Assembly (NCBI RefSeq): GCF_018350175.1
Contig: NC_058368.1
Span: 146,198,001-146,262,000, forward strand
DNA length: 64,000 bases
DNA from: Felis catus
Taxonomy: Eukaryota
Reading direction: 5' to 3'
Within the stretch, counting starts at the first letter, position 1; each line of letters opens with the position of its first letter. Made by a program: the position numbers and the translations under genes. The notes below the pieces were generated by a model. That model saw nothing but the letters and a program-made list of their open reading frames with translations. It was not told the origin of the DNA and searched no databases. Of this stretch, positions 37,641 through 51,300 are shown in pieces.

Positions 37641-39373
37641 AAAATACCCACCATTGGACACAGCTAGCATTGTGATCAAGCTTGCTTGTTTCCAGATTGT
37701 TCTTCCAAGTCAATTTTGCAGCTTAATTTTGTTTTTTTTAAAGTAACCTACCTGGAGATCTGTCAAAGACTGTAAAATACTTGAAGACTAAGAGAATCCA
37801 CTGTTGTCTTGCAAATCAGCATCCAGGTCTTACAGGAAAAGAGCCCACCCAGCAGGTTTTTAATTGCTTCTATATTTAACCAGCCAAATAGCCTTGTTAT
37901 CTTTCTCTTCTTCTTCTTCTTTTTTTTTGTTTTTCCCTAATGCCATGACTCATCAGACCACCAGGTAAAAAGCTCCAGGTCAGCAAGCCAGCAACCAGGG
38001 AAAGCACAGAAAGGATAGAGAATGGCTTCTAAAGTCTCTCATTTCAAAAAGTTTTTGTAACTTGTTTTTGCTGTGCAGAAAGCAACTCTTGAGTAGTCCA
38101 ATTTATTGAGATAACACAAGGCTGAAACAGTTGAGATTCAGCCTAATATGAAAATATGAATTGGTTTTCCATGCTAAGAAAAACAAAGCTAGTGACATTT
38201 CCTCAGTGCCAAATATTTCATCACATGAGCTAAAGCCTCTGTCTTAGTTGTAGGTCCTGTGTCAACAAGAAGGCTGTTTATTTTCTTAACCGTGTGTCAC
38301 ATGACTCAACTGCATCATCTATAATATTTTTCTGGAGTCAACCAGACAGCCAGGGCCCTTTCTCAAACGCAAATACTGAGACCGAGTCAAATGGGCACCT
38401 GCTCTGTGTTTCTGAATGGGCTTTTGTAAATTAAACGTCTCATTCCATTGGGAGCTGGGGGAGGTGACCTAACCCAGTAGAAGCACGGAAGTGAGAGTGT
38501 TTCTGAGGGTGGCTGAACTATGTGACCTTTAAAGTCTGCCCTCCAATTCTGTCTCTGGTAGTCAATGGATGTACTTCAGGAGTGTTAGGCACTCAGGGCA
38601 AGCTTCTTGGGAGGTTTATTTGAAAGGGGAAAAAAAAATTAGTCTGCAAGTAGGTGGGTATGATGAAAGGTTTTTCTTTACATCATCCTCCACAGAAAGG
38701 ATTTTTAAGTAGCTAGTTCAATTGTATATGTCTGTTATGCTCTGTATTATGAGAAAAAAAGGAAGTTCATCTGCTTGAACCAAATCCAGATTACGGTGGA
38801 GGGCGCTTAAAAAGCCTTAACAGGCAGAGATCAAGTTGATTCTAATACTTTGTGTCAATTTAGCTAACAAGAATATCATTAAGCACCCCCTACTTTCTCT
38901 TGTTTAAAAAAAAAAAAAAGGTAGAGATAATTAAAGGAAACTTGGAACCTGATATACAAACTGTCACTTCAGTATTGTGGTCAAATTTTCTCATGAAGGG
39001 TGGATCTTAATTTTTAGTCTAAAATTTTAATCCTTAAATTATACACTGAGATAGTTTTTCTGTGTACTAAACGGTATCATTCAAGAATTCTTAATAAAAT
39101 ATCATATAATTATCTCAATACTTGCAGAAAAAAGCATCTGACAAGATAATAAGATTCAAAACCCTTTCATGATAAAAATCCTCAACAAACTAGGAACAGA
39201 AGGAAACTACCTCAACATAATAAAAGTCATTATGGAAAGCCCATAGCTAGTATCATACACAACATTGAAATGCCAAAAGCTTTTCTTCTAAGATCAGGAA
39301 CAATAAAGAATGCTCACTATCACCACTGCTATGCAGCATAATACTAGAAGTCCTACCCAGATCAATCAGGACG

Positions 39374-39377
<4 letters not shown>

Positions 39378-39422
<45 letters not shown>
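39378..39422. repeat. (GA)n microsatellite within L1
   Basis: Directly visible. Confidence 0.97.
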
Positions 39423-39429
<7 letters not shown>

Positions 39430-40375
39430 AGAAACATTAAGTTGGAAAGGAAGAAGTCAAATCGTCTGTGTTTGCAGATGATATGATCATCTGATGATGT
39501 AGAAGACTCCAAAGACTCCACCAAAAAACTATTCAGTAATAAATGAATTCAGTAAAGATGCAGAACACAAAATCGACACATGAAATTAACTGTGTTACTA
39601 TACACAAACCATGAACTATCTGAAAAAGAAATTAAGAAAATAATCCCATTTAAAATAGCATCAACAGGACAAACAAAAAAAATAAAAATAAAAAAATAGC
39701 ATCAAAAAACAGTAAAATACTTAAGAATAAATTTAGCCAAGGTAGTAAAAGATCTGAGCACTGAAAACTATAAAACATTGGTGAAAAAACTTGAAGAAGT
39801 CACAAATAAATGGAAAAATATCCTGTGTTCCTGGAATAGAAGACTTAATATTGTTAAAATGCCCATACTACCCAAGGTGATTGACAGATTCAATGTAGTT
39901 CCTATCAAATTCTAATGGATTTTTTACAGAAATACAAAAGTCTTAAAATTCATATGGAACCACAAAAGACCCTACATAGCTAAAGTAATTTTCAAATAAA
40001 GATTAAAGCAATCAAGAAAAATAAAGCTAAAGCTATCACATTACCTGATTTCAAAATATACTACAAAGCTATAGTATAATATAGTACTGACCTAAAAACA
40101 GACATATATACCAATAGTATAGTATAGAGATTCCAGAAATAAACCCAAGCATTTATAGTCAATAGATCTTTGACAAAGATGCCAAGAACACACAGTTGGG
40201 AAAGGATAGCCTCTTTGATATAAGGTGTTGGGAAAAATGGATATCCCCATGCGGAAGAATGAAATTGGACCCTTATCTCATGCCATATTCGATGTCAAGT
40301 CAAAAGTGACTAAAGACTTAAACATGAGCCCTGAAAACTGTAACAGACTAACTTGACATTAGTCTGGGCAATGAT

Positions 40376-40597
40376 CTTTTTTTAAATTTTTTTAATGTTT
40401 TATTTATTTTTTTAAGACACACAGAGACAGAGCATGAGTGGAGATGTGGCAGAGAGAGAGGGAGACACAGAATCTGAAGCAGGCTCCAGGTTCTGAGCTG
40501 TCAGCACAGAGCCTGACGCGGGGCTCAAACTCACGAACTGTGAGATCATGACCTGAGCCGAAGTCGGACGCTCAACCAACTGAGCCACCCGGGCGCC
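40376..40597 (-). mobile_element. Can-SINE (SINEC_Fc2-like) nested in L1
   Basis: Reverse SINE; TSD TCTGGGCAATGAT at 40363-40375 and 40598-40610. Confidence 0.97.
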
Positions 40598-40967
40598 TCT
40601 GGGCAATGATTTTTAAAAATATAATTCCTAAAGCACAGGCAAACAAAAGCAAAAATAGACAAGTGGATTGCGTCAAACTAAAAAGCTTCTGCCCAGTGAA
40701 GGAAACAATCAACAGACTAAAAAGGCAGTCTACAGAATGGGAGAAAATATTTTTAGCCATCTATCCAATAAGGGGTTAATGTCCAGAATATGAAAGGGAC
40801 TCAAACAGGTCAATTGCAAGAAAAAAAAAAAAAAACACCAAAACAAATAAGTGGACAAAGAACCCAAATAGACATTTCTTGAAAGTAGACATGCGGATAG
40901 CCAATGAAAAGGCACTCAACGTCACTAATCATCAGGGAAATGCAAATAAAAACCACAATGAGCTATC

Positions 40968-41057
40968 ACCTCACACCTGTTAGGATGTCTGTTATCAAAA
41001 AGACAAAAGATAACCTCACACCTGTTAGGATGTCTGTTATCAAAAAGACAAAAGATA
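40968..41057. repeat. Perfect 45-bp tandem duplication
   Basis: ACCTCACACCTGTTAGGATGTCTGTTATCAAAAAGACAAAAGATA x2. Confidence 0.95.
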
Positions 41058-43260
41058 ATAAGTGTTGGTGATAAATGTGGAGAAAAAGGAGTTTTGGTAC
41101 ACTGTTGGTGAGAATATACATTGGTACAGCTGCTATGGAAAACAGTATGGAGATTCCTCCACTTAAAATAGAATTACCGTATGATCCATCAATCCCACTT
41201 TTGGGTATATATCTGGAGGAAATGAAGTCAGAATAGCAAAGAGATATTTGTGCTCCCCTGTTCACTGCCACATTATTTATAGTAGCCAACATATGGAAAC
41301 AACCTAAGTGTACATAAACAGATAAATGGATAAGGAAAATGTGAGGTGTTTAAACAAGAAGGTATTATTCAGCCTTAAAAAATAAAGAAATCCTATCATT
41401 TGCAACATAGATGACCCTGTATGACATTATGTACAGTGAAATAAGCCAAACACACAAATGCTGCATGATCTAAAGGTTGAACTATTAACAACAGAAATTG
41501 GAATGGTGGTTACCAGGGAATGAGGGGGATAGAAACAGGGCGATGTAGGTCAGAGAATATCAAGTTTCAGTTAGGCAGGGTAAATAAGTTCTAAAGATCT
41601 AATGTAAAGCATGGTAACTATAGTTGATAATACTGTATTGTATGCTGGAAATACTAGCTAAGATAGTAGATCTTAATCTTTCTCACACACTAACAAAAGA
41701 TAACAATGTGAAGTGCTGGGTATTTAACTACTTTGATTAATTGTGGTAATTGTTTCACAATGTATATGTTTATCAAAGCAGTAGGTTGCACACCTTAAAT
41801 ATATACAATTTTAAGTTGTTAATTATACCTCAATAAAGCTGAAGAAAGAATAATAAGAAGAATGCCTAATGTACTTCCACTTAGCATTTGTTTGTGTTAT
41901 ATTCCAAGAGCTACAATTCTATATAAAATCCCCAAGACATAACTCTTAGTGTTGGCTAAATAGTCAGGACAGGGTTTTTACTATTTATTATTAATATTCT
42001 TTGATGGAAATTTGTTGGTATGATCTTTTGATTGGGCCTAGAGCAGTTTACAAATATATACTCGTTATATTGAGCAGTATTGTGTACAATAAATACCTTA
42101 GAAATTTTCTAGACTTTAGGCCTCTTATCTAAAAGTTAAGACTGCTGTCAAAGCTACCATTTATGAAAGGACCATGATGATTAATAAGATATTTAAAGAC
42201 TCTGTCTCTGTAAGGGTCACTGGGGATAAGGGTCTAATTATCATGGTATAAGGTCATGTTGCATATCCTAGACCTTACCATGAACTCTGAGTTTATGTTC
42301 CAAGTGATATATAGTACTATTTTTAATTCCAAAGGATCTAGAAGTTGCTCATATTTAATCATTTATGTTTTATATTGAACCCATGTTTCACCCTCTGTGA
42401 GAGCTGCCTCGTACATTTTATGAGTTGAAATTTCCCCAAAGGCTCTCTCGTGTATATCCAAGTATTCTGTGTTACTTGAATCAAAGTGCTCTATTTACAG
42501 CCTTTGAAATATCACATAGCTTCATGTGATTTCTGACCATGGGTGGGAGTTTGGAAGTGGGAGTCCTTGTCAAATTTGTCCAGCGGACACCTGTAGACAT
42601 GAGGTGTGGTCCTGTTCTCTTCTTGCCCTTTTTTGACCCTCAAATCCAGAACTCTTGGCAGTTCACCCATAGCTCAGCTTGGAAGCTGAGCTCACCCAGT
42701 TAAGCCTTGAGAAATGTTCCCCAAACAATGTTTTCAGAGTAAGTTTGGGAATCTTTTCAGGCTTTCATCTGGTACTCTTTTGCAAACCAGTGCTTTTTTT
42801 TATTTGGTGGGCCCAGAATTGGAACAGTTTCTTAAATATTCTGAGGTTGTCATAGACCATGAGGAGAGAAGCAAGAAATGAAAGACATGAAACCACTGCT
42901 TCCACTAACTGCAAAGACTTAAGTGTCCTAAGCAGCAGCGAGATTCAGAGATTCTGTCACACCAACCTATTCCAGCTCCTTCTGGACCTTGATCAGCCTT
43001 AGTTCTTCAGTCCCAGTTTTCTCCTGTTTGGGCTTTTAAAAACTATTTTCTAGCATTTGTCTTAGCCTGGTCCTTGTCTTTCATTGCTTAAGTAGAACTA
43101 TTTCAAGAACACGGATTAATGGAGTAATATTAACCTGGAAGGAACTGTATGGAAATCTATACAGGGTTTATCTTTCACGTCCTATTCTCAGATTCATCTA
43201 TTCCAGTGACTTGGATAGGACAGTACATTTGTCAAATTTTCAAACTCTACATGATGGAAT

Positions 43261-43262
<2 letters not shown>

Positions 43263-43310
<48 letters not shown>
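43263..43310. repeat. (AT)n microsatellite
   Basis: Directly visible. Confidence 0.98.
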
Positions 43311-43314
<4 letters not shown>

Positions 43315-44929
43315 TTATTTATTCAGTACTTTGCTGTTTCCAAATTTTTCTGCATTTAGAATCCCATTTGATTCCAGGAATGACAGGTGCAGATGATAAG
43401 GTAAATTTCAGTTCACTATGAAAGACAGCTTTCCACAAATTGACCTGTCCAAAAATGAGGCAGTAAGCTTCACAAAGAAGTGAGTTCAGGACGATAAAGA
43501 TGTTTGAATGGAAGAGAGAGGGAGGGAGAGAGGCTGAGAGAGAATGCCTATTAATCCAAATATGTTGTCTAGGGAAAGAGAACAATTGAGAACACAGGTT
43601 TTAGTTTTTTCAAAATGTCGTTTGGCAGGATTATGGAACTGTTAAATACAGGTTTAATATAGAACCTTAAGCACATGTAGTTGAGCAGTTCATCACTTTT
43701 TACACTTTGTTTCAAAAAGTCACTAAAAATCTGAAGTAGTATAGGCTTAAATCATTATCTTGGGGCTTACCAGGGATGTGTGTTTACTCTTCCTCATACC
43801 AAATTGACCCCAAACTGAGGAGTTAATGGGTATGTCTGCAGGGTCAAGCACAAGTGGGAGCAAGATGCACAGGAAGACTGAATATAGTGTCCAGGTATAG
43901 ACAGAGGGAAGGGGATGTGGAGAACAGCTGGCTGTAGAAAATGCTGGGATGGCCAAAATGAAGAAAGTAGGATTACCAGACCAGCATGAGGAAGGGCTAG
44001 AATGAGGTCCCTGCACTATTGAATTAGAAGCAGAAGAATCAAACCAAACACCAGAACTGGTTTGCATTAGTGTTCCCATGGTTGGAAAGAGTGCTTCCCT
44101 TTTTTATTCCCTTTTTTGCTCCAGTAGAATGTTTTGATGAAATATTCACTTGGTCTAGTCCAACTTTACCTTAAAAAATGATCACTCCATGACTTCTTAG
44201 AAAAAAGTTGTGAATGATTTTGTGGTACTGGGGCAGGTAGGGCAAGGAAGGAACAGGATAAAGGATTTAGCAACTGAGCTGACCAGAGTATAATATTATT
44301 CAAAGTGAGCTTCTGTTCTTTAAGAACAGAAAATATCCTCTAAATTCTTTTTTTTATTTGAGTATTATGAAACTGTATGGTTTTTATAAAGTTAAGAAGC
44401 AATATTTAAATATCTAATTATAATTCAGTTTAGATGTTTAAGAAATGTTAGGCTATATACCAGTCACCGTGCTTATAAGTCATTAAAAACAGTCTTTAAA
44501 GATCTTACAACTTCATGAACACACACTCAAGCTCAATTGTATAATTTTAATCCTTTTTCTATTTTTCAATAGTCTTTCATCTCTCTTTGGGCCAATGCAT
44601 TTTCTTTACTGTTTCACTGAGGTGATTTTTTTTTCCCCAGGTGTCATAGAATAGAATAGAATAGAATATTCCAATTGCTTGTCATGTTTCATATATAACT
44701 CACAAAAAAAGATTATGAAAAGTCTTAATTTACCTGACTTAGGCACATTTTCTTTCTTACACCTGATTGTCATTGACAAGAATGCCTTGGTAATATTGCA
44801 CTAGGATAGAGATTTCAGAAGCTTTTCAATTTTTACAATGTGTAATGTGTCCTTTAGAAAATGTTCAGGAAACTATATTTTCCTCATTTTTTCCCCAGGG
44901 AACACTATTTATAAATTACTAATAATGCT

Positions 44930-46250
44930 CTACAAAATGTTAAATATCTAGCACTCATCTTGTTTCTTTTTTGTTGTTTTTGTATTGTTGTTTGTTTGTT
45001 TTTAACCATTTTCCAATAAAGGGAACTAGGATATCCTTGGAGAAACATCTGACGCCAGGCCTATGGCAAAAAGAATACAAAAGGATCCTGGAGCAAGGAG
45101 GTTCTCAAAAACAAAACAAAGCAAAACAAAAACAAAACAAAAGAACTCAAAAACTCACAGTGATGGGGACATGTTAAGACACAGGAGCCAACTAAAAGTG
45201 CTCCCAGTGGCTCAGCCAAAGCTGAAATGATTTGAGCAACAAAGTAAATAAAGTTATATTGGATAATAACTGAAGTATAAAATAAATATCCATGAGCTCA
45301 AACTGATACAAAAAACATGACTTTTTTTAAAAAGTAAATTGGGGAGGAGTGCCTGGGTGGCTCAGTCAGTTAAGCGACCGATTCTTGATTTCAACTCAGG
45401 TCATGATCTCGTGGTTTTTTAGTTCAAGCCCCATGTCAGACTCTGCACCGGCAGTGCGGAGCCTGGCTGGGATTCTATCCGCCTCTCTCTCTGCCTCTTA
45501 TTCTCTCTCTCTCTCTCTCTCAAAATAAATAAATTTTAAAAAATAAATGTATTGGGGCAATAGGCAAATCTTTCATGAAAAAAGAATTCCAAATAACATA
45601 TGTGCATATTCTGCCCTTAAGGAGGTGAAACATAACTCTTATAGTTCAAACTACACACAGTGACCTCTTTTCCAAGAGTAGAAGATGGAAAAGGCACAAA
45701 AGAGTGGCTTTAGAGTATAGACACCTGACAAACACTACCTTAACCAAGTGATCCAGGTTAATATTGCAGTCATAAATCATATACATGGTATGTGATGAGA
45801 ATGGCACTTTACTTCAATGCACTTCCTCCCCCAAACTCATAACCTCAATCTAATCATGAAAAAAAGGAACCAAACAAATCCCAACTGAGAGCCATTCTAC
45901 AAAATGCCTGACCAATACTCCACCAAACTGCTGAAATTATTAAAAATAAGGAAAGTCTGTCTGGGAGACTGTCACAGCCAAGAGGAGCAAAAGGAGTCAT
46001 GAAGACTAAATGTGATGTCACATCCTGGAACACAAAAAGGAAACTGGTTAAAAACCAAGAAAATATGAATAAAGCATGGACTTTACTTAACCATGTATCA
46101 TTGTTGGTTCATTGTGACAAATGTACCATACTAATGTAAGATATTAATATTTGGGGAAATTGGGAAGGAGGCATAAGGAGATCTCTGACCTATCTTCAAG
46201 ATTTTCTATAAATCTAAGACTATTCTAGAATAAAACCGTATTAAAAGAAA
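44930..46250 (+). mobile_element. Ancient L1 3'UTR fragment (L1MC/L1MD-like)
   Basis: CCAATAAAGGGAACTAGG..., TGTGACAAATGTACCATACTAATGTAAGATATTAAT, ending TTCTATAAATCTAAGACTATTCTAGAATAAAA. Confidence 0.75.
45346..45545 (+). mobile_element. Can-SINE nested in old L1
   Basis: GGAGTGCCTGGGTGGCTCAGTCAGTTAAG head, (CT)n, AATAAA tail; degenerate ATTGGGG-containing TSD. Confidence 0.94.
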
Positions 46251-46537
46251 TCTAAATATGGGATACTGTCAGTAGAAATTCAGTTATTCAGTTATTCACC
46301 TTTCAAAGTTGTGAGGTCAAGCAAGCTCAGTGCCCAGTAACCACTAAATACTGAAGGAACGAATGATTATATGATTCAATGCATCAGAGAGCCCACTTTG
46401 CTATACGGCTTTTTGAAAAAGGTTTGGTAGAAACCAAAGGTGATAATCTGCTCATGGTTTGGAGCCATGAGCTCCATCAATTCCTTCTGGTCCCTCAGAC
46501 ACCATTACATGTTCTGGTAAAGAGCATTGACTTCAAT

Positions 46538-46863
46538 CTGCTTTGTCTAATACCCTAGCTATTTATTAGCCTCATGTGACAACTGAGCATGTGAAATGTG
46601 TCTGGACTAAACGGAGATATGCTCTCACAACAAAATATACACTGTATTTTGAAGACTTGATGTCAACAAAAAGAATGCAAAACATTTGATTAATAATTTT
46701 TATACTGTTTATATGTTAAAGTGATGTTTTGGATATAGGGGGTTAAGTTAAATATATCATTATAATTTAGTTCACTTGTTTCATTTTAGTTATTCTAGTA
46801 CGATCAGTAGAAAACTTAAAATTACATACGTGGTTCATGTTACATCTCTATTGGACAGTGCTG
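46538..46863. mobile_element. MER33-like hAT-Charlie element
   Basis: Ends AAAATTACATACGTGGTTCATGTTACATCTCTATTGGACAGTGCTG; internal text matches recalled MER33. Confidence 0.8.
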
Positions 46864-48162
46864 GATGAAATGGATCCCAGGAGCCTGAAAGAGTTCAAGG
46901 ACCTCTCAAAAGCAAACAGGGTCCTTCCCTGAAAGTGTCAGACTGTTGTGGACTTCTGGGCCCCCACCACGAATAGCTTGAATTTTGCAGTCTTAAGGCA
47001 ATTTCCCTGAGATGACTTTTGGCACTATGTAAAATCACCTACAAAGACAAGAGGCTTTCTTGACTTTGTTCCCTGTTTTCCTCGAAGATTACACATAAGA
47101 AGGAATGTTGGAGAACTACTTCTTGAAGGATTTGTCAATGAGAAAATGAAAATGTATAACAAAATATGTGCCACTGTATAGAGCATGTCTCTTCTAATAC
47201 CACCTTTCCTATGGGTTTGCCTTTGAGGTGGAATTGTAGCTTCTTTCACATTTCATTTGGAACAACATTTGTAAAAGCATGAAAATATTCTAAGGCCATA
47301 TCCACTTTAGAGCAAAGCAATGGGTGGAAAAACAAAATGTTAACATCTCAGTTGTTTGGGCTCTAGAATCTGTCAGACAACCAACATGAGCAATTAACAG
47401 GAGATGCCTTGTTCGCTAAATTTAAATTTTCTCTTGAAAGATGAGTGGAGAACAGGTTTCAGCTGGTATGTGGGGAAAATGTGTGTGTGCTTGTTTATTT
47501 TGAACAAAATTTTGGCTTTTTAATTATACTTCCTTGAGTTCATTACCTTGAGAAGAAAGAGTAATAAAAGTCACACTGAATGTTTCAGTCTTATACAAGC
47601 AACAGAGGTACATCTGATCTTAAAACTTTACTGAAGTTTGTCACTGTAAGCAAGAAAATCAATTGCCAACAATTACTGTAACCCTCTGCTGATGGGCTCT
47701 TAGAAGGAAATTATCTGAAAAGAGATAAAACTCTGTTTATCTCATGTATACAAGCCTTGGGGGAAAGGGCTCTGTGTGGAGTTTGCCCCCATTTTGATGG
47801 GTTGAATTGAGTGTGGGATGTGGGGAGGGGACAGTATAAAAATGTAATGTATGTTGTAATGTACAATTTGACTCTTCATTCAATCCCATTTGCATTGGCA
47901 TTCCAGGAGATTCAGCCTAGCAGTGTAGGAAATAACCAGGACTAGCAATCTAGGAGTACACACAGGTAATAGATGAGAAAATGGAGAAAGCCCAAGTTAT
48001 TTGCAGGGGGTCCTGGACGGGGGTGCTGTGACCCTAGGTTCTTTCTATGTTCTTTTCTTCCCTGTCTCCTTTACAAATACCATACCAATGGGCAGACACA
48101 CCTCACCAGGGTACTGGAAAACTACAGGACACCTAATGTCAGTTTGAAAATACCTGTTGGCA

Positions 48163-48377
48163 GGGGCGCCTGGGTGGCGCAGTCGGTTAAGCGTCCGACT
48201 TCAGCCAGGTCACGATCTCGCGGTCTGTGGGTTCGAGCCCCGCGTCAGGCTCTGGGCTGATGGCCTGGAGCCTGTTTCCGATTCTGTGTCTCCCTCTCTC
48301 TCTGCCCCTCCCCCATTCGTGCTCTGTCTCTCTCTGTCCCAAAAATAAATAAATGTTGAAAAAAAAAATTAAAAACA
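48163..48377 (+). mobile_element. Young SINEC_Fc
   Basis: Near-consensus head and body; TSD AAAA(T/C)ACCTGTTGGCA at 48147-48162 and 48378-48393. Confidence 0.98.
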
Positions 48378-51300
48378 AAAACACCTGTTGGCAAAGCACA
48401 GGTAGATAGATGGGCATGTGATTTTCTTTAAACAGTAGAAGAAAAGCTGCCTCCCTCCTTCACTGGTGTCTCCTGCTGAGACTCTGCTTCCTCAGCATTA
48501 TGAAAACTCTGAATGGTGTTATTTTGCCCCAGAAGTTCTGTTTGATGAACTCATACACCTATGCAAAACCTACCAAGGTTCTCTCCAGCAATCACATTAG
48601 GCTCACAATTGAAGTCTACACAAGTTCTTATTTGTGCACATGAAGAGCATGAAACGTGTCCACGGCATTTCAGTCTGTGCAGGACAGACAGGCTCGCCAC
48701 TCTGCCCTGGGCAGGAGCCAGCTCAGTTTGCCCCCTTTATTCCCGCTCTGAAACCCAAGTCCTGTGTTAAGGGCCAGAGGAGAGGCTCACTGTTGCATTA
48801 GGCCAGCCCTGCTGTGCACGGCTGGAGAAGCACATCAGTAATAATTTAGCACTCAGCAGCTGCAAGAGCAGAGGCCCCTGCCAAGTACCAGTCTTTGATT
48901 CTCCTCTCTATCAGGCAGTAGCTAGTTCATTCTCTGGGCACCCAGCCACATTTCAGAGAGAGCAGGACTGGTGAGGGCTGGGACAGCACAGATACACAGC
49001 CCCTGTAACAAGTCACTACTATGAACTAGCCTGAACCATTAACAGTGTTACAGAATTGAGCCATTAGCAACTACAAGGATACAGGGAATGATTTATTTAA
49101 AGAATTATAGAACCAATGATAAAATATGAAGTTCTAAATACACACATTATAATAAGCAGTGCAGGATTTAGAGCAATAGCTTATAGGGTGGCTTCTAATT
49201 GAGACCCAGTTTTAAATACATGGATTCTGGAGATCAGTCGGTTTTCTGATTAAATTATGAATAAACAATTCACCGTATCCTGTCACATCCCAGGATGTCA
49301 GATCCCTGGAGCCAAAGGGACATCAATCATTCCAAACATGACAGTCAATGGATTGGAGCATGTATGGGACCCAGAGTCTATGAAACATTGGCTGCCTCAG
49401 CAGTGTGTGAAGCACCTCAGATCACCTCTACCCAATGTAAAATGTCATTTATGTCCTCCCTAGTTTTTCACCCTTAGCCTTATCTAGATCAGGCTCATGG
49501 TTTCAACACCAAGTCCTGCTCACTGTGGCATTATTGCAGCACTTTTTTTTTTTTTTTTTTTTTTTGGAAATGGCAGCTCTTATCTGAACAGACCCCCAGG
49601 CTTCTGTTCGTGGCAATCTGGGTTTGTGTTTGTTGTCCGCCTAAGGGGTTAAAATTCATTTTAAATAACAGCATGATGGATGCAATCCTCCTTTTCACTT
49701 GCCTCAGGAACAGTTTGGTAATTTGCATTTAAAGTCACAGAACCTGTTTGGGTTGGAGAGCGAATTTTATCACAGACATTTTTTTGAAGGTACAAGAAAA
49801 AAATAAAATTGTTATTTGATAGACATTGAGCTAATATGGCATGTTGCGGAAAAGTTTTGGAGTACTAACGATAGGTTCATTTTGTCATTTAAAATAGATG
49901 GCAGTGCTATGGCAGTCACCATGTTTTAAAACTCTGTACGCATGTTTTTTCAAGAAAGAAAGAACCTTGAAGCATCCTGTGGTCTTAATATCTTAGAAGT
50001 CCTGAGGGATGCTTGAGCCAATTAACAAAGAGCCCCTGCACTTGAAGTATTTGAAAGCCAACATTTGTGGTGAACAGGGAACATCAGTTAATCACATATT
50101 AGGGATGATTCCTTTGTTCACTGTGTGAAAGTGGTTTCTAGCATTCATTCTTATATTCCGTACACAATATTTATCTCCTCGAAGCCAAACTAATTCAAAC
50201 AACCAATGTGACCTTTTAAATAGTATTCTTTCTTCTGTCTCTCGCAAAACAATTTAAGGGGTTTCACTATATTAGTGGGATTTTCCCTTTTTTTTTTTCC
50301 TGGTCTTCAAAAGATTTTTCTTTCATCTTCTTTTCTTTCTCTCCAGCTACAAAATGTGCTCATTACGGATCTGTCAGCTACAAAAGGGAGGAGACTCCTT
50401 CTGTTTCAGCAGGTATGAATTTCACTAGCTGCTTTCATCTCCAGAGAGTTCACTGCTGCTCTATTTAATAAAACCCAACACTTCAGTTATCACAGTCATT
50501 AGGAGGAAGCAGGGTTGGAAGAAGGTAAGCCTTCATTTATTTTAGTGTCATATATAATTGTACTGTTTATTTCCCCTATGGGCTTTATACTTTCCTGCTA
50601 TCTTTTTGTTTTGTTTTGTTTTTGTACTTTCAGAATATTTCTGTAAGGGAAACCCCTCGTGGAAAACGAAGACTAAGCAGCAACAAAATAAAAAATAAAA
50701 CAACCCCCCCCCCTCACCCCCCCAAGATCAGATCCTTCAGAAACCAAAGGACTAGAACCGTAGTTCTAGTACCAGGCAATTAGCACAAGCAAGTGCCCGG
50801 ACGCCATTCATCTTGAATTAAACCAAATTCCCTTGAATATCGTTGTCACTTTGTTTATTGTCTTTTCCCCTCAATGGGAAGTGAATTTGATGAGACAACT
50901 TTGCCTATGGCACAGCACAAAAGGGATTTATATTTGATAACTTTAAAGGGCTCCGTGTCTCTGTGGACTGTAGATAGGACCGATAAAGTTTCTACAAGGC
51001 ATCTTCTGAAGCTAGTCAGAAATTAAGCATTACGCTAGCACATGAAAGCCAAGGTCAGTTAATTCATTACTTTTAACTAACCGTACCTTGTTTAAGAAAC
51101 TAAAAAAATACAAGTTGCTATTAGTTAAAAGTTCAAAATAGCCTGCAAATGATCAGTGTTCAGTCTGTAGAAAAGTGGATTTCAGTGGCTTTCCACCAAG
51201 ATCACCCATATCCTGGTTCCCCAGAGTTCTGTGAGCTATGTGAAAACCATCAGCTGATTCTAAGTGATATTAATTCAGATGATTTAAACAATGGAATCAT

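Larger units (their letters stand above)
39096..41857 (+). mobile_element. Older 5'-truncated LINE-1 (L1MA9/L1_Carn-like), ORF2 RT to 3' end
   Basis: Decayed ORF2 text (TTTGCAGATGATATG = FADDM), L1MA-type 3'UTR ending AATTATACCTCAATAAAGCTG; degenerate TSD AAGAAT(T/G)C(T/C)TAAT at 39083-39095 and 41858-41870. Confidence 0.92.

Noticed and set aside
44611..44795. Acceptor TTTTTTTTTTCCCCAG at 44640 with a weak donor at 44790
   Set aside because: Short tract, weak donor, and the putative exon starts in an (AATAG)n repeat; likely chance.
47835..47971. TATAAAAA with a downstream CAG|GTAATA donor
   Set aside because: No well-spaced Inr and an AT-rich context where such matches are common.
50751..50770. 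8-bp hairpin ACTAGAAC/GTTCTAGT (and a similar one at ~58999-59018)
   Set aside because: Arms this short are expected by chance in 64 kb.
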